DNA from: a virus
Taxonomy: Duplodnaviria; Caudoviricetes
DNA length: 61,842 nucleotides
Direction: 5' to 3' (one strand)
Virus record (IMG/VR): IMGVR_UViG_3300009466_000202
Span: 1 to 61,842 of that record
Below are positions 1 through 10,321 of this stretch, piece after piece. The translations under genes were made by a program, and so were the position numbers. The notes beneath the pieces were generated by a model. That model saw only the letters and a program-made list of their open reading frames with translations, ran no database searches and had not been told where the DNA came from. How positions within the stretch are numbered: position 1 is the first letter of the stretch; each line of letters starts with the position of its first letter.

Positions 1-3000
1 ATGTATACCTATCAAAATATAGGAGATAGTACCTACGCGGCATTTATACAAGATAACACAATCGAAAGTCCGGAGGCCGATGCAGGACAAAGATTTGGTC
101 ATAGAATGTGTATCAATGATAATGGAGATATTTTAGCAGTGTCATCGGTTGATCCAGGCAGTGCTGGTAAAGTTGAAATTTTTGTAAGAAATAGTCAAAG
201 CAACGATGATAGCACTGCACTAAGTTTTAGACACGTTCAAACATTGAGAGGAACACCATCGGATGGTAGTTCCTTGAACACATCTTTTGGTGATGCTATT
301 GCAATGAGCAAGGACGGTACAACATTAGTAATATCTGCCCCTGGAATAGATAATGGTTTACAAGTTGATGCCGGTGCTGTTTACGAATACAAATGGAACG
401 ATGACGGATCAACTGATTCATACACTTTAAAACAAGTGCTACAGGCACCCGAAGATGCTACAAATATGAGATTTGGATCTACACTAGCGATCAATTCTGC
501 AGGCGATCGGTTAGTAATCGGTGCCGATCAATTTGCAACGCGGTTACCTGTATTGTTTGATTTTGGTGCCACGACATTTGACCTACAAGACACAAACATA
601 GTCGAGTTGAACAAAAATTCCGGTACAGTTTTTACAGCAACCAAATATGATACATTATTTGTTATAGATGATAAACTCACGACATCATCTATCAGTGAAA
701 ATGATAATTTTGGAAAAGGTATTGCTATAATTGACAATGCTTTATTTGTTGGTTCGCCGTATGACGATAACTTAAATGATGACGGATCAACTAGAAGATC
801 CAACGACGGTTCCGTAACAGTATATGATTTAAAAACACAAGGTTCGTATGCTTGGAAAAAATTAGTTGAAGAGGATAACTTAATAGACGAGAGAAAAATA
901 AATTCTGCCTTTATATTCAATTCTGCTGATAACAAAATTATTGATTATCTCGACTACTACGACCCGATCAAGGGCAGAATATTGGGCATAGCAGATAGAG
1001 AAATCAATTATAAAACAGAATGGGATCCTGCGATATACAATTATGGAACATCTGAGCAGACAGTTGACAACAATACTGCATGGGGAGAAGAACATATCGG
1101 TGAAGTCTGGTGGGATCTATCTACTGCAAGATGGGTATGGTACGAGCAAGGAGATCAAGAATACAAAACTAAAAATTGGGGTAAACTATTTCCGGGATCA
1201 ACTATTGACATTTATGAGTGGATTGAAACAAAATTATTGCCATCCGAGTGGGCAACAAGAGCAGATACAATAACTGGGTTGTCACAAAAAGTTTCGGGTA
1301 GTCCTTTATATGGTGACAACACAATTTTCACAGTAAAACAAAAATATAATTCAAATTCTGGAGTATTTGAAAATTATTATTATTATTGGGTGAAAAATTC
1401 TGTATTTTTACCTTCTATTAATAAATCTGTCACGTCAAGAAAAAATACAACTTCGTATATTTCTAATCTAATCACAAATCCTTTACAATCAGATATCAAA
1501 TATTTTGCGGTTACTAATAAAAATTCTTTAATCACGTTCAATGTCAAAGCAAGTTTGGTGAACGAAAATACAGTCTTAAATTTAAGTTATAAAAATAATT
1601 TAAATGAGGGAGATGTGCATTCCGTATGGAGATTAATTAAAGAAGGCGATAAAGATGATAGGCCATCTTCTATTATAGAGAAAAAATGGTGGGATAGTTT
1701 GACAGGCTCGGATGAGCTAGGCAATCAAGTACCCGATATTAATCTACCTTTAAATCAAAGGTATGGTACACTGATTAGACCTCGACAAAGTTGGTATATC
1801 GATAGATTCTCAGCATTAAAAGAAATAATTCAATACACAAACGAAGTTATATCAAAATACGAAATAGCCAATCAAATTAGATATGATAATCTTAATTCCG
1901 CAGATCCAGAACCAACGGAATCATCGGGAGAATGGGATAGTGTTGTTGATTCGTATGCTGAACTGACCTATATAGATACTAAAGACATAAGCGGAAGAAT
2001 CAATGTTTTAGTTCGAAATGACGAACAAAATAGCGGAAACTTGTGGGCGGTATATAACTGGAACGGTACCGAGTGGAATAGAACAAAAGTTCAAACATAC
2101 AGAACAAATAGATATTACAAATTGGCAAACTGGTATGCACAAGGAACAGACGCAAATACAATTATTAATGCTCAATTAAATTATCAATATGAGCTAGAAA
2201 GTCTAATACTCGATAATGAAAAACACGTTAAGGTTCTTTATGGAGACACAGGTGGCTGGAAGATCTACAAGAAAACATCAAACGGCTTCATTAATGTAGC
2301 AACAGAAAACGGAACAATTCAATTTTTATCAACATTATATGACTACTCCATTGATGCTACAGGATTCGACGGGGACGATACCTATGACACAAACTTTTTC
2401 GATCAAGAACCTAGGATTGAAACGAGAAAAATTTTACAGGCATTAAGAGATGATATATTTGTAGGTGATCTGAGGGGAGAATATAACAACATATTCTTTA
2501 TTGGATTGAGAAAAGTACTTGAGGAACAATTATACGTAGACTGGTTAGTTAAAACTTCTTTTATAAACGTTTCGAATACATTTAAACCTTTGACCCAACG
2601 AAAAACATACACTATCGGCACTGAAAACTATGTTGAGGAATACATCAATGAGATAAAACCCTTTCATACAAAAATCAGAGAGTACAAATTAGGATACACT
2701 GCAAACGAGATTCAAGACGGGATTTATACAGACTTCGATATTCCGGCATTTTATGATGGAACAACTTTAAGAAATATTAATCTAACATCGGATGTAGCAT
2801 TGTTATCTCAATATCCATATAGATTTTGGAATGAAAATTATAAAAAATATGTTCATACAATTTCCGTCAGTCACTCGGGTAGCGGATACATTACCGATCC
2901 AACGGTCACTTTGGTGGGCGGAACCTCAAAATCGGTTGGACCGTTCGCAGTGTTAGGGACGAATAACATCGGAGCAAGTTCGGGAACATTTGGATATTTT

Positions 3001-6000
3001 TATCCTTTGTATACAGCATCTGTCGATGCCAACATAGCAGACACTCAAAATAACGGTGACGGCACAAGTATTGAATTTAGATTTAATGAATATCCTGGTG
3101 TTAAATTTTATATGCCAACTTCCAAACAGTACATAGGTATTGCATCGAGACCATCGGGTTACGATGTATATTCCGCTACGGATACTCTTCAGGCCACTGC
3201 CCGAGCAATAATTAAGGAAGGAAAAGTGGTCGAGATCAAAGTATTGACGCCGGGTATGAATTATACTGCCACACCTGCTGTAGTAATTACTGGTGGTGGC
3301 GAAAACGGTTCAACACCGATCGACACTGCTCGTGCTTATGCCAATCTAAGAAATGACGCAGTAAGAGATATAGATGTAAGCATCAAGTTTGATAGAGTCT
3401 CTAGGTCTGCCTCGGTTATAGAATGGAGTAAAAATACTTCTTATGCTGTCAACGACTTAATTAGATATCAAAACGATTTTTACAAAGTTAATGTTGCTTT
3501 TACAAGTACCACTAATTTTAAAAATGATCTAGGAAAACTTACAAAATTAAGAGGCGATGAATCATTTATAACTGCCTCAGAAAGAACACTGGGATTATAT
3601 GCTCCAGTATCAGGAATGCCTGGCAACGAATTATCACAAATCATGACAGGGGTTGATTACGGGGGAGTAATGGTTACCGGTTTAGATTTTGATCATAACA
3701 AAGGTTGGGACGCTTCTCCTTGGTACGACATGCCATGGGACAATTTTGGTTTAGAGAACAGAATAGTATTTTATGGCGATGGTTACACTACACAATTTAC
3801 TTTACCTAAGATTTTACAAAAGACGGACACATACACGGTTTATTTTACTGACATTAGTGATTCTTCTATGTCGTCGATACCGTCTATAGAATATCTTTCA
3901 AACACCACAAGAAAAAGACAAATATCTCAGGTTGTCAAGGGAGACGGATCAACAACAACATTTACTATTGTGGGAGATAATGGAAACCCTGCAAACAATG
4001 AAACATTGATAGAATTAATACCTTTCGAAGAAGACGGTGTATTGACACCAACAGATGACAAAACATTAGACAGTTTGATTAGCGGAGGTTTATTTAAATC
4101 TGTGCTGGGACAAAGTCCTTCGGACATCAACATCGACGGAGATGCTTTTATTACTCCAGAAACATCTTACGCACCCGAAGAAAATTTACCAGGTTCTATA
4201 TTTGATACAGTGGACATCAAAGTTTATACAACACCACAATCTGGAAAACCTTTTATATTACAAAAAATATATAGTGGTGATGGGTCAACAACTACATTTA
4301 ATATAGGACAAATTCCAGGAACACAAGAATCTGTTTTAGTAACTGTTGGTACAGAACACCAAACTTTAAATATTGATTATACTGTAAATATTAATGATAA
4401 AACAATTACATTTACTACCGCTCCAACGATAGATTCATTAATAACAATTAAAAGTTTTGCTGTATCTGGTCTAAATCTCATGGTTGTAGATAATTTTACA
4501 GGAGATGGTTCAACGTCCACATTCATTACTCACGCTAGGGAAACATTCCAATTGGATAGTGCTGGCAGTCAATTATATGTAACCGTTGATGGCGTACCGA
4601 CCTCAAATTTTACATATACTGTACAAAATAAATTGTTATCGGTATTTTTACATTCCGGGGATGGTTCAACTGCTAACCCTCCTTTATCGGGTAAATCTGT
4701 ACAAATTTCTTCTTATAACCTTCCTATAGGAGACGGTAAAGCATATGCCGAAATTAGAACACAAGAATTCACGTATGATGGCAGTTCGACAAGATTAGAT
4801 CTGACCTGGCCTCCGGGAGCAGTGGGTCCATATTCGGGTCTTGCCATAGTTGAACTAAATGGAAAAATATTAAGAGGTCCGGATAATGTTTATTATTCAG
4901 GTGACGGAAGCACTTCGGGGTTCTCTTATAGAAATTTTGCCGGGGGGACATTACCTCCACCGTCTTCTTCTTATGTAGACACAAAATCTGGAGAGAAAAC
5001 AAATATTTTAGACTTGGCAACAACAGTGGATTCTTTTGGAATAGGAACCTACGATAGTGCTTGGTACTTGGCCGTAACACGAGATGAAGTGAGTGGTGAG
5101 TTGGCAACAGCAAAATATTCTCTGGTTCATAATGGATCTAATGCATTCGTTTCCACAACAAGTATTACAAAAACAGGATCCAGCAGTCAATTATCGGTCG
5201 ATGCTGATGTTCTGGCAGGCGAAGTTAGATTGTTAGGAACCGGTGCCAGTGCATTAAACTCGATGTCTTATCTCCGTATTGGATTAGGATCTAACACATC
5301 GGCATTATCGGGTGCTACGGTTTCTTTATTAGAAAATTTAGACATCGACAGTGCAAACGAATTATTAGATACATTTGATAAAACTGTTTACAGAGGTGCA
5401 AAATATTTTATCAGTGTCAAAAATGCTTCTAAAAACGAATATAGTAATATCGAGGCCGTGGTCGTTCATGACGGGACAGATGCCTACATTACACAATATA
5501 ATAACGTGAATTCGGCAAATAGTACTCTTTTAACATTGACAGCCGATGTCAGTGGTTCGAATGTGAGATTGATTGCTTCGGCCAATGAGCCAAATTGTAA
5601 AGTGGTTGTTTATAAAATTGCTCTATCGGACAACGATACAACAGATGGTTCAAATCTAATAGGAGCAAGTAGCGTCGATAGTACTCTTACCACTATAGAT
5701 AGTTTTTTAATATCAGAATATCTCGGAGCCCACTATATTGTGACTAGTTATGACAGTGATTCCGGAACAGCATCTATCAATGAAGTAACACTTATCACAG
5801 ATGGCACTAATACCTATGTCTCTACAGCACCGGAATTGAGTAGTGACGATAATACTCAACTATCGTTTAATGCTTCCATATCAGGAAATACTGTTTCATT
5901 CAAAGCATTATCAAACGTAGGATCCAACACAACTGTATCTGTTTATAGAATGGGACTATTAAGAACACAAGCCGGGGCCACAATATTACCTCAAGATATT

Positions 6001-7179
6001 AAAGTTTATCAAAATGGTTCTCTTAAAACTTTATATTCTGATTATGTGGTCAATGCCGCGACATCAAATGTGGTGTTTAATATTCCTCCTTTAGATAATG
6101 ACGTAATAGCAATAACAACATTTGCGGGTAATCATTATTTCGACGAAGGAGATGATATTATTTTAAAACCAACAGAAATCGCCACTGATGGTTATACTTT
6201 GACAAATGGATCGAAAGTAAATGTAACAACATTTAATAATTCTTCAGGCATGAGAGTAAGAAGAGAGATATTTGTGGGAGATTCATCAGCAGAATTTAGT
6301 TTGTCAGAAAATCCTCTGAACACCGATTACATATTTGTATGGTTAAACGGAGAATCGTTAACATACGGTCACAATTTTTCGATTTCCGATAACGTAATTA
6401 AAATTTATGGATATACATTAACAGAAAATGATAGAATAGATGTAATGTATTTCTCTATTACGTCAGCACAGCAGTCGGTTGGTTTTAGAATATTCAAAGA
6501 TATGTTAAACAGAACATTCTATAAGAGAATTAGTGAAAGTCATACGACAAAGTTGGCAAAGTCTTTAAATTTAGAAGATAAAGAAATCTTAGTCGAGGAT
6601 GGATCAAAATTAAATCCTGTCGACGGCAGTACTTTGAATCCGGGGGTTATTTTTATTAATAAAGAACGTATCGAATATTTTTACAAAAACGGAAATACAT
6701 TAGGTAACCTGAGAAGAGGGACTCTGGGAACAGGTATTAAAGTACATTCATCAGGGTCTTGGGTCATTGACTCGTCGTCACAACAAACGATTCCATATGC
6801 AGACACTGTTTACAATAAAACACATCTAGGAGACGGTAGCACAGTCACGTTCGAAACTAGATTTGTGGCTACACCTGCTTATAAAACAGATAACTCAACT
6901 ATAAATGCCGAGTATGATTTAGATGTATTTGTAGGAGGGCAAAGATTGCCATTCAGGAATTACGACGGAACTAGAAACTATATTGTTGACGGAAGCACCA
7001 ACAGTGTTACTCTGATGTCGGCACCTAGAGATGGAGAACAAGTAAAAATATTACAAAAACGTGGTAAAGTTTGGTATAATACGGGAAATTCTACAGCATC
7101 CGACGGTTTAGGGTTACAAAATGCAACAACTATTCAAGCAAAATTCATAGCGGGAGAGCCAACAAATGCACCTGAATAA
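1..7179 (+). CDS. Giant virion structural protein (baseplate/tail-associated), probably 5'-truncated by the window edge
   Basis: 2392-aa ORF. N-terminal FG-GAP/beta-propeller-like repeats (FGHRMCINDNGDILAVS, FGDAIAMSKDGTTLVISAP, FGSTLAINSAGDRLVIGA), many GDGST-type repeats and three tandem ~75-aa domains; lies upstream of tail-like genes. Confidence 0.75.
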   Translation: MYTYQNIGDSTYAAFIQDNTIESPEADAGQRFGHRMCINDNGDILAVSSVDPGSAGKVEIFVRNSQSNDDSTALSFRHVQTLRGTPSDGSSLNTSFGDAIAMSKDGTTLVISAPGIDNGLQVDAGAVYEYKWNDDGSTDSYTLKQVLQAPEDATNMRFGSTLAINSAGDRLVIGADQFATRLPVLFDFGATTFDLQDTNIVELNKNSGTVFTATKYDTLFVIDDKLTTSSISENDNFGKGIAIIDNALFVGSPYDDNLNDDGSTRRSNDGSVTVYDLKTQGSYAWKKLVEEDNLIDERKINSAFIFNSADNKIIDYLDYYDPIKGRILGIADREINYKTEWDPAIYNYGTSEQTVDNNTAWGEEHIGEVWWDLSTARWVWYEQGDQEYKTKNWGKLFPGSTIDIYEWIETKLLPSEWATRADTITGLSQKVSGSPLYGDNTIFTVKQKYNSNSGVFENYYYYWVKNSVFLPSINKSVTSRKNTTSYISNLITNPLQSDIKYFAVTNKNSLITFNVKASLVNENTVLNLSYKNNLNEGDVHSVWRLIKEGDKDDRPSSIIEKKWWDSLTGSDELGNQVPDINLPLNQRYGTLIRPRQSWYIDRFSALKEIIQYTNEVISKYEIANQIRYDNLNSADPEPTESSGEWDSVVDSYAELTYIDTKDISGRINVLVRNDEQNSGNLWAVYNWNGTEWNRTKVQTYRTNRYYKLANWYAQGTDANTIINAQLNYQYELESLILDNEKHVKVLYGDTGGWKIYKKTSNGFINVATENGTIQFLSTLYDYSIDATGFDGDDTYDTNFFDQEPRIETRKILQALRDDIFVGDLRGEYNNIFFIGLRKVLEEQLYVDWLVKTSFINVSNTFKPLTQRKTYTIGTENYVEEYINEIKPFHTKIREYKLGYTANEIQDGIYTDFDIPAFYDGTTLRNINLTSDVALLSQYPYRFWNENYKKYVHTISVSHSGSGYITDPTVTLVGGTSKSVGPFAVLGTNNIGASSGTFGYFYPLYTASVDANIADTQNNGDGTSIEFRFNEYPGVKFYMPTSKQYIGIASRPSGYDVYSATDTLQATARAIIKEGKVVEIKVLTPGMNYTATPAVVITGGGENGSTPIDTARAYANLRNDAVRDIDVSIKFDRVSRSASVIEWSKNTSYAVNDLIRYQNDFYKVNVAFTSTTNFKNDLGKLTKLRGDESFITASERTLGLYAPVSGMPGNELSQIMTGVDYGGVMVTGLDFDHNKGWDASPWYDMPWDNFGLENRIVFYGDGYTTQFTLPKILQKTDTYTVYFTDISDSSMSSIPSIEYLSNTTRKRQISQVVKGDGSTTTFTIVGDNGNPANNETLIELIPFEEDGVLTPTDDKTLDSLISGGLFKSVLGQSPSDINIDGDAFITPETSYAPEENLPGSIFDTVDIKVYTTPQSGKPFILQKIYSGDGSTTTFNIGQIPGTQESVLVTVGTEHQTLNIDYTVNINDKTITFTTAPTIDSLITIKSFAVSGLNLMVVDNFTGDGSTSTFITHARETFQLDSAGSQLYVTVDGVPTSNFTYTVQNKLLSVFLHSGDGSTANPPLSGKSVQISSYNLPIGDGKAYAEIRTQEFTYDGSSTRLDLTWPPGAVGPYSGLAIVELNGKILRGPDNVYYSGDGSTSGFSYRNFAGGTLPPPSSSYVDTKSGEKTNILDLATTVDSFGIGTYDSAWYLAVTRDEVSGELATAKYSLVHNGSNAFVSTTSITKTGSSSQLSVDADVLAGEVRLLGTGASALNSMSYLRIGLGSNTSALSGATVSLLENLDIDSANELLDTFDKTVYRGAKYFISVKNASKNEYSNIEAVVVHDGTDAYITQYNNVNSANSTLLTLTADVSGSNVRLIASANEPNCKVVVYKIALSDNDTTDGSNLIGASSVDSTLTTIDSFLISEYLGAHYIVTSYDSDSGTASINEVTLITDGTNTYVSTAPELSSDDNTQLSFNASISGNTVSFKALSNVGSNTTVSVYRMGLLRTQAGATILPQDIKVYQNGSLKTLYSDYVVNAATSNVVFNIPPLDNDVIAITTFAGNHYFDEGDDIILKPTEIATDGYTLTNGSKVNVTTFNNSSGMRVRREIFVGDSSAEFSLSENPLNTDYIFVWLNGESLTYGHNFSISDNVIKIYGYTLTENDRIDVMYFSITSAQQSVGFRIFKDMLNRTFYKRISESHTTKLAKSLNLEDKEILVEDGSKLNPVDGSTLNPGVIFINKERIEYFYKNGNTLGNLRRGTLGTGIKVHSSGSWVIDSSSQQTIPYADTVYNKTHLGDGSTVTFETRFVATPAYKTDNSTINAEYDLDVFVGGQRLPFRNYDGTRNYIVDGSTNSVTLMSAPRDGEQVKILQKRGKVWYNTGNSTASDGLGLQNATTIQAKFIAGEPTNAPE

Positions 7180-7182
7180 ATA
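7175..7182 (+). promoter_or_regulatory. Late-promoter-like motif AATAAATA
   Basis: Resembles the T4 late promoter TATAAATA; 7 nt before ATG 7190; recurs before other genes. Confidence 0.55.
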
Positions 7183-7189
7183 CAACGTC

Positions 7190-7846
7190 ATGACAGAAGA
7201 AAAACAAATTGAAAATATCGAATCAGAAAATAAGAAACCCCAAGATAAATCAGGTATCAAAGTAGAGGGTCATATTAAAATATGGGATCCTGAATCTGGC
7301 GAAATTATCATAGATAAAAGAAATGCAATACATTATGAAAATATGAGCATCGCATTGGCAAATTCTTTAGCCAATAAGAGCACAGGATTTATTCATGAGA
7401 TGGCATTCGGTAATGGTGGTACAACTGTTGACCCAACAGGTATTATCACTTATCTAACTCCTAATACAACAGGAACCAATGCCACATTATACAACCAAAC
7501 ATATTATAAAGTTGTAGATGATAATTCAACAACCAACAAGGATACAACAAGAAATAAAATTGAAACAAGACATACAGCGGGTAACAAATATACCGACATA
7601 GTTATAACTTGTACATTGGATTACGGTGAACCTGCCGGACAGGCGGCATTTGATAATACAACAGATTTCAATGGTGATTTTGTTTTTGACGAGCTGGGAT
7701 TAAAAAGTTGGGAAGGCACCGAAAATGGTTCGACAAATAAGTTGTTGACTCATGTCATCTTCCATCCAGTACAAAAATCTTTGAATAGATTGATACAGAT
7801 CGATTACACATTAAGAATACAAAGTTTAACAACATTTACGGAATAA
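7190..7846 (+). CDS. Virion structural protein (baseplate/tail-associated)
   Basis: Start refined to ATG 7190 (MTEEKQ). Motifs FDELGL and THVIFHPVQKSLNRLIQIDYTLRI are typical of large-myovirus baseplate-region proteins; structural context. Confidence 0.65.
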   Translation: MTEEKQIENIESENKKPQDKSGIKVEGHIKIWDPESGEIIIDKRNAIHYENMSIALANSLANKSTGFIHEMAFGNGGTTVDPTGIITYLTPNTTGTNATLYNQTYYKVVDDNSTTNKDTTRNKIETRHTAGNKYTDIVITCTLDYGEPAGQAAFDNTTDFNGDFVFDELGLKSWEGTENGSTNKLLTHVIFHPVQKSLNRLIQIDYTLRIQSLTTFTE

Positions 7847-7849
7847 TAA

Positions 7850-9097
7850 ATGTCTTACATAGTAAACAAATCAAATTCATTAGCATCGCCAAATCAATAT
7901 GTGGTCGAGGATAATATTCTTAATACACAGACAGATTTATCATTTGTAGGTAAAGGATATGCTGGGTATGGAGAAATTATAGCCGAAAATTTTTTACATC
8001 TACTAGAAAATTTCTCAAGCTCGACTGAACCTTCTAAACCTATCAAAGGGCAATTATGGTTCGACGAGTCGCAAGGAAAATTAAAAGTCTATGCCGGCAC
8101 TAGTTTTCAACCCACCGGTGGAGCGAATTATCAAGCAACTGCTCCGGCAAATATGTTGTCTGGAGATTTATGGATCAACTCCTCAACCCAGCAATTATAT
8201 TTTAATAATGGAACAACTAACGTATTGGTTGGACCACCATCGTCATCGGATAGCGGTTTAAAATTTGATCAAATATTGGACGCCACGGATGCCACAAAAA
8301 ATTTACAAAGTTTAAAAAGTAATGGACAGACTCTTGCCACGATCAGCGATGAAGAGTACACACCAAAGGTCGACATAGCAGGATTCAAATCTATTAAAAA
8401 AGGTATTAGTTTATACGGCGCGGCGGCATCATCCATCGGAAAAACATCAACATATAAATTTTATGGATCGGCAACCAATGCTGATTCTTTAGGTGACTAC
8501 CTTGCTAATGAATATGTTTTAAAAACCGCTGGAACGACCAATGTGATGGATACCAACTTAACAATCGCAGTGAATACCGGATTATCGGTCGGAACCAACA
8601 GAGATTTTGCTTTCATCGTGGGTGATGACTCGGTTACAGGAATAGTACAAAATAGACAGAACAATGGAGATATAATATTTAGAATCAACGATGGTGGTGT
8701 AACAAATACTATCATGACGATCGACGGTTCGGAATCTAGAATAGGTATCGGGACGTCAACTCCGTCAACTAAATTAGATGTCCTAGGCACAGTGAAAGCA
8801 ACTGCTTTCTCAGGCTCGCTTACTGGATCAGTTTCTTCATCATCTGTTTATGTTTCCGCTGGAGGAACTATTAGTTTTGAAGGTGCTTCGGAAAACGTTT
8901 ATAAAACAACTTTAACAGTTCAAGACCCAACAAGCAACAACACAATTACATTACCTAACAGGACAGGTACAGTAATAACAAGTGCCGATACTGACACAGT
9001 GAACAAAGATATGTTGTATAATTTACAAACATTACAAATTTTAGATTCATCTGGTGCCGTATTAAAAACTATCTATGGTGTTGGAGACGCAAGTTAA
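7850..9097 (+). CDS. Tail fibre/baseplate-attached protein, paralogue 1
   Basis: N-terminus (GKGYAGYGE..AENFLHLLENFS..P..KGQLWFD) is shared with 10322 and 15298; contains the RIGIGTSTPSTKLDVLG fibre motif. Confidence 0.7.
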   Translation: MSYIVNKSNSLASPNQYVVEDNILNTQTDLSFVGKGYAGYGEIIAENFLHLLENFSSSTEPSKPIKGQLWFDESQGKLKVYAGTSFQPTGGANYQATAPANMLSGDLWINSSTQQLYFNNGTTNVLVGPPSSSDSGLKFDQILDATDATKNLQSLKSNGQTLATISDEEYTPKVDIAGFKSIKKGISLYGAAASSIGKTSTYKFYGSATNADSLGDYLANEYVLKTAGTTNVMDTNLTIAVNTGLSVGTNRDFAFIVGDDSVTGIVQNRQNNGDIIFRINDGGVTNTIMTIDGSESRIGIGTSTPSTKLDVLGTVKATAFSGSLTGSVSSSSVYVSAGGTISFEGASENVYKTTLTVQDPTSNNTITLPNRTGTVITSADTDTVNKDMLYNLQTLQILDSSGAVLKTIYGVGDAS

Positions 9098-9120
9098 TTT
9101 GTTTTTAAGGACATTTGATT

Positions 9121-10101
9121 ATGGCAGTTAGAACTCCTTTGTACTACGATTCAGGTTTAGGCAATCCTAGAAAAATGAATTCCGCACAGATCAATGCAAT
9201 TAAATTAAGAATGAAATATCTTTACTACAGCAATCCCTCTGTGTCGTTGGTTGTTTATGATGACGATGGATCCACAGTACCTGCTGGATCTTCTATAGGT
9301 TCCATGATAGATACGAGATTACAAGCAGGAGAAAGCATTTCAGACACAAGAAAACCCACACCCGAGGAAACACCAAACATCACTACGATATCAAATACAT
9401 ATGCTAGGATATATCAATCGGTTGCGACAGAAGAAGAACCCCAAGATACAAACAGAACACAATTTCCTGTGTATTATGATACAAACGAAACAGGAGCAAT
9501 TATAATTAGATCTATGACATTACAAGATATGTACGATACTTTTGCTTATGATGTTATTAATGGATGGACAGATCACACATCAACGTTTGTTCCGGGTTTA
9601 AACGATGATGGAGAAGTGTACACAGTTTGGACATCGTCAACACCTCCGACAAATTACACACTGGTTAGTAATACTCCAATTTTCATAGATACAAGAGCAA
9701 ACACGTCAGCATACTCTGCCTCTGGTATTCCAGAAACTTTAGACCAACCCACTGTAGTACAAAATTATTATCTTCATAAAAAATCTAAAATCGAAAGTTA
9801 TAGTGCTGTACCATTAAAAATTACAACACAAGGAAATTTACTTGAATTAAGCACAGCCGACTGGGACACTACATTTGGTAGTATAATTAAATACCTTGCT
9901 CAGAGCGTGACCGGATATAAGTTAAGGTATGGTATAAATGGTTCGGGTAACACCTGTGGATCTTCCATGATCAACACAAAATTAGATGGCAACGGAGAAT
10001 ACAATTTTATACGTTCGGCGCCTTATTGGATTGCTCAAAAATTCCCCAATGGAACAGCAACAACAGTATCAACATACAATCTAACTGTGGAACAGTCATA
10101 A
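9121..10101 (+). CDS. Virion structural protein (hypothetical)
   Basis: Thr/Ser-rich ORF beginning MAVRTPLY, with AAGGA upstream, inside the structural operon. Confidence 0.6.
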   Translation: MAVRTPLYYDSGLGNPRKMNSAQINAIKLRMKYLYYSNPSVSLVVYDDDGSTVPAGSSIGSMIDTRLQAGESISDTRKPTPEETPNITTISNTYARIYQSVATEEEPQDTNRTQFPVYYDTNETGAIIIRSMTLQDMYDTFAYDVINGWTDHTSTFVPGLNDDGEVYTVWTSSTPPTNYTLVSNTPIFIDTRANTSAYSASGIPETLDQPTVVQNYYLHKKSKIESYSAVPLKITTQGNLLELSTADWDTTFGSIIKYLAQSVTGYKLRYGINGSGNTCGSSMINTKLDGNGEYNFIRSAPYWIAQKFPNGTATTVSTYNLTVEQS

Positions 10102-10304
10102 TGCAGTTAGTCAATGGTAGATTTATAAAGGCTTATTATATTAATAATAAATCCTTAATTTCCGCAGTGTGGCTTAATGAAGCATCAAATGAGGAATGTC
10201 AAATTTTCATAAACAATAAAGAAAACAGTAAATTATACCAGGAACTGATAAAAGACATCAGTATAAAAGATATTGAAAATACTACTAATGAAAAAGTCTA
10301 TTAA
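10101..10304 (+). CDS. Hypothetical protein (67 aa)
   Basis: ATG overlaps the upstream stop (TAATG); begins MQLVNGRF. Confidence 0.55.
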   Translation: MQLVNGRFIKAYYINNKSLISAVWLNEASNEECQIFINNKENSKLYQELIKDISIKDIENTTNEKVY

Positions 10305-10308
10305 AAAC

Positions 10309-10316
10309 AATAAATA
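10309..10316 (+). promoter_or_regulatory. Late-promoter-like motif AATAAATA
   Basis: Intergenic, 5 nt before ATG 10322. Confidence 0.55.
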
Positions 10317-10321
10317 GTGTT

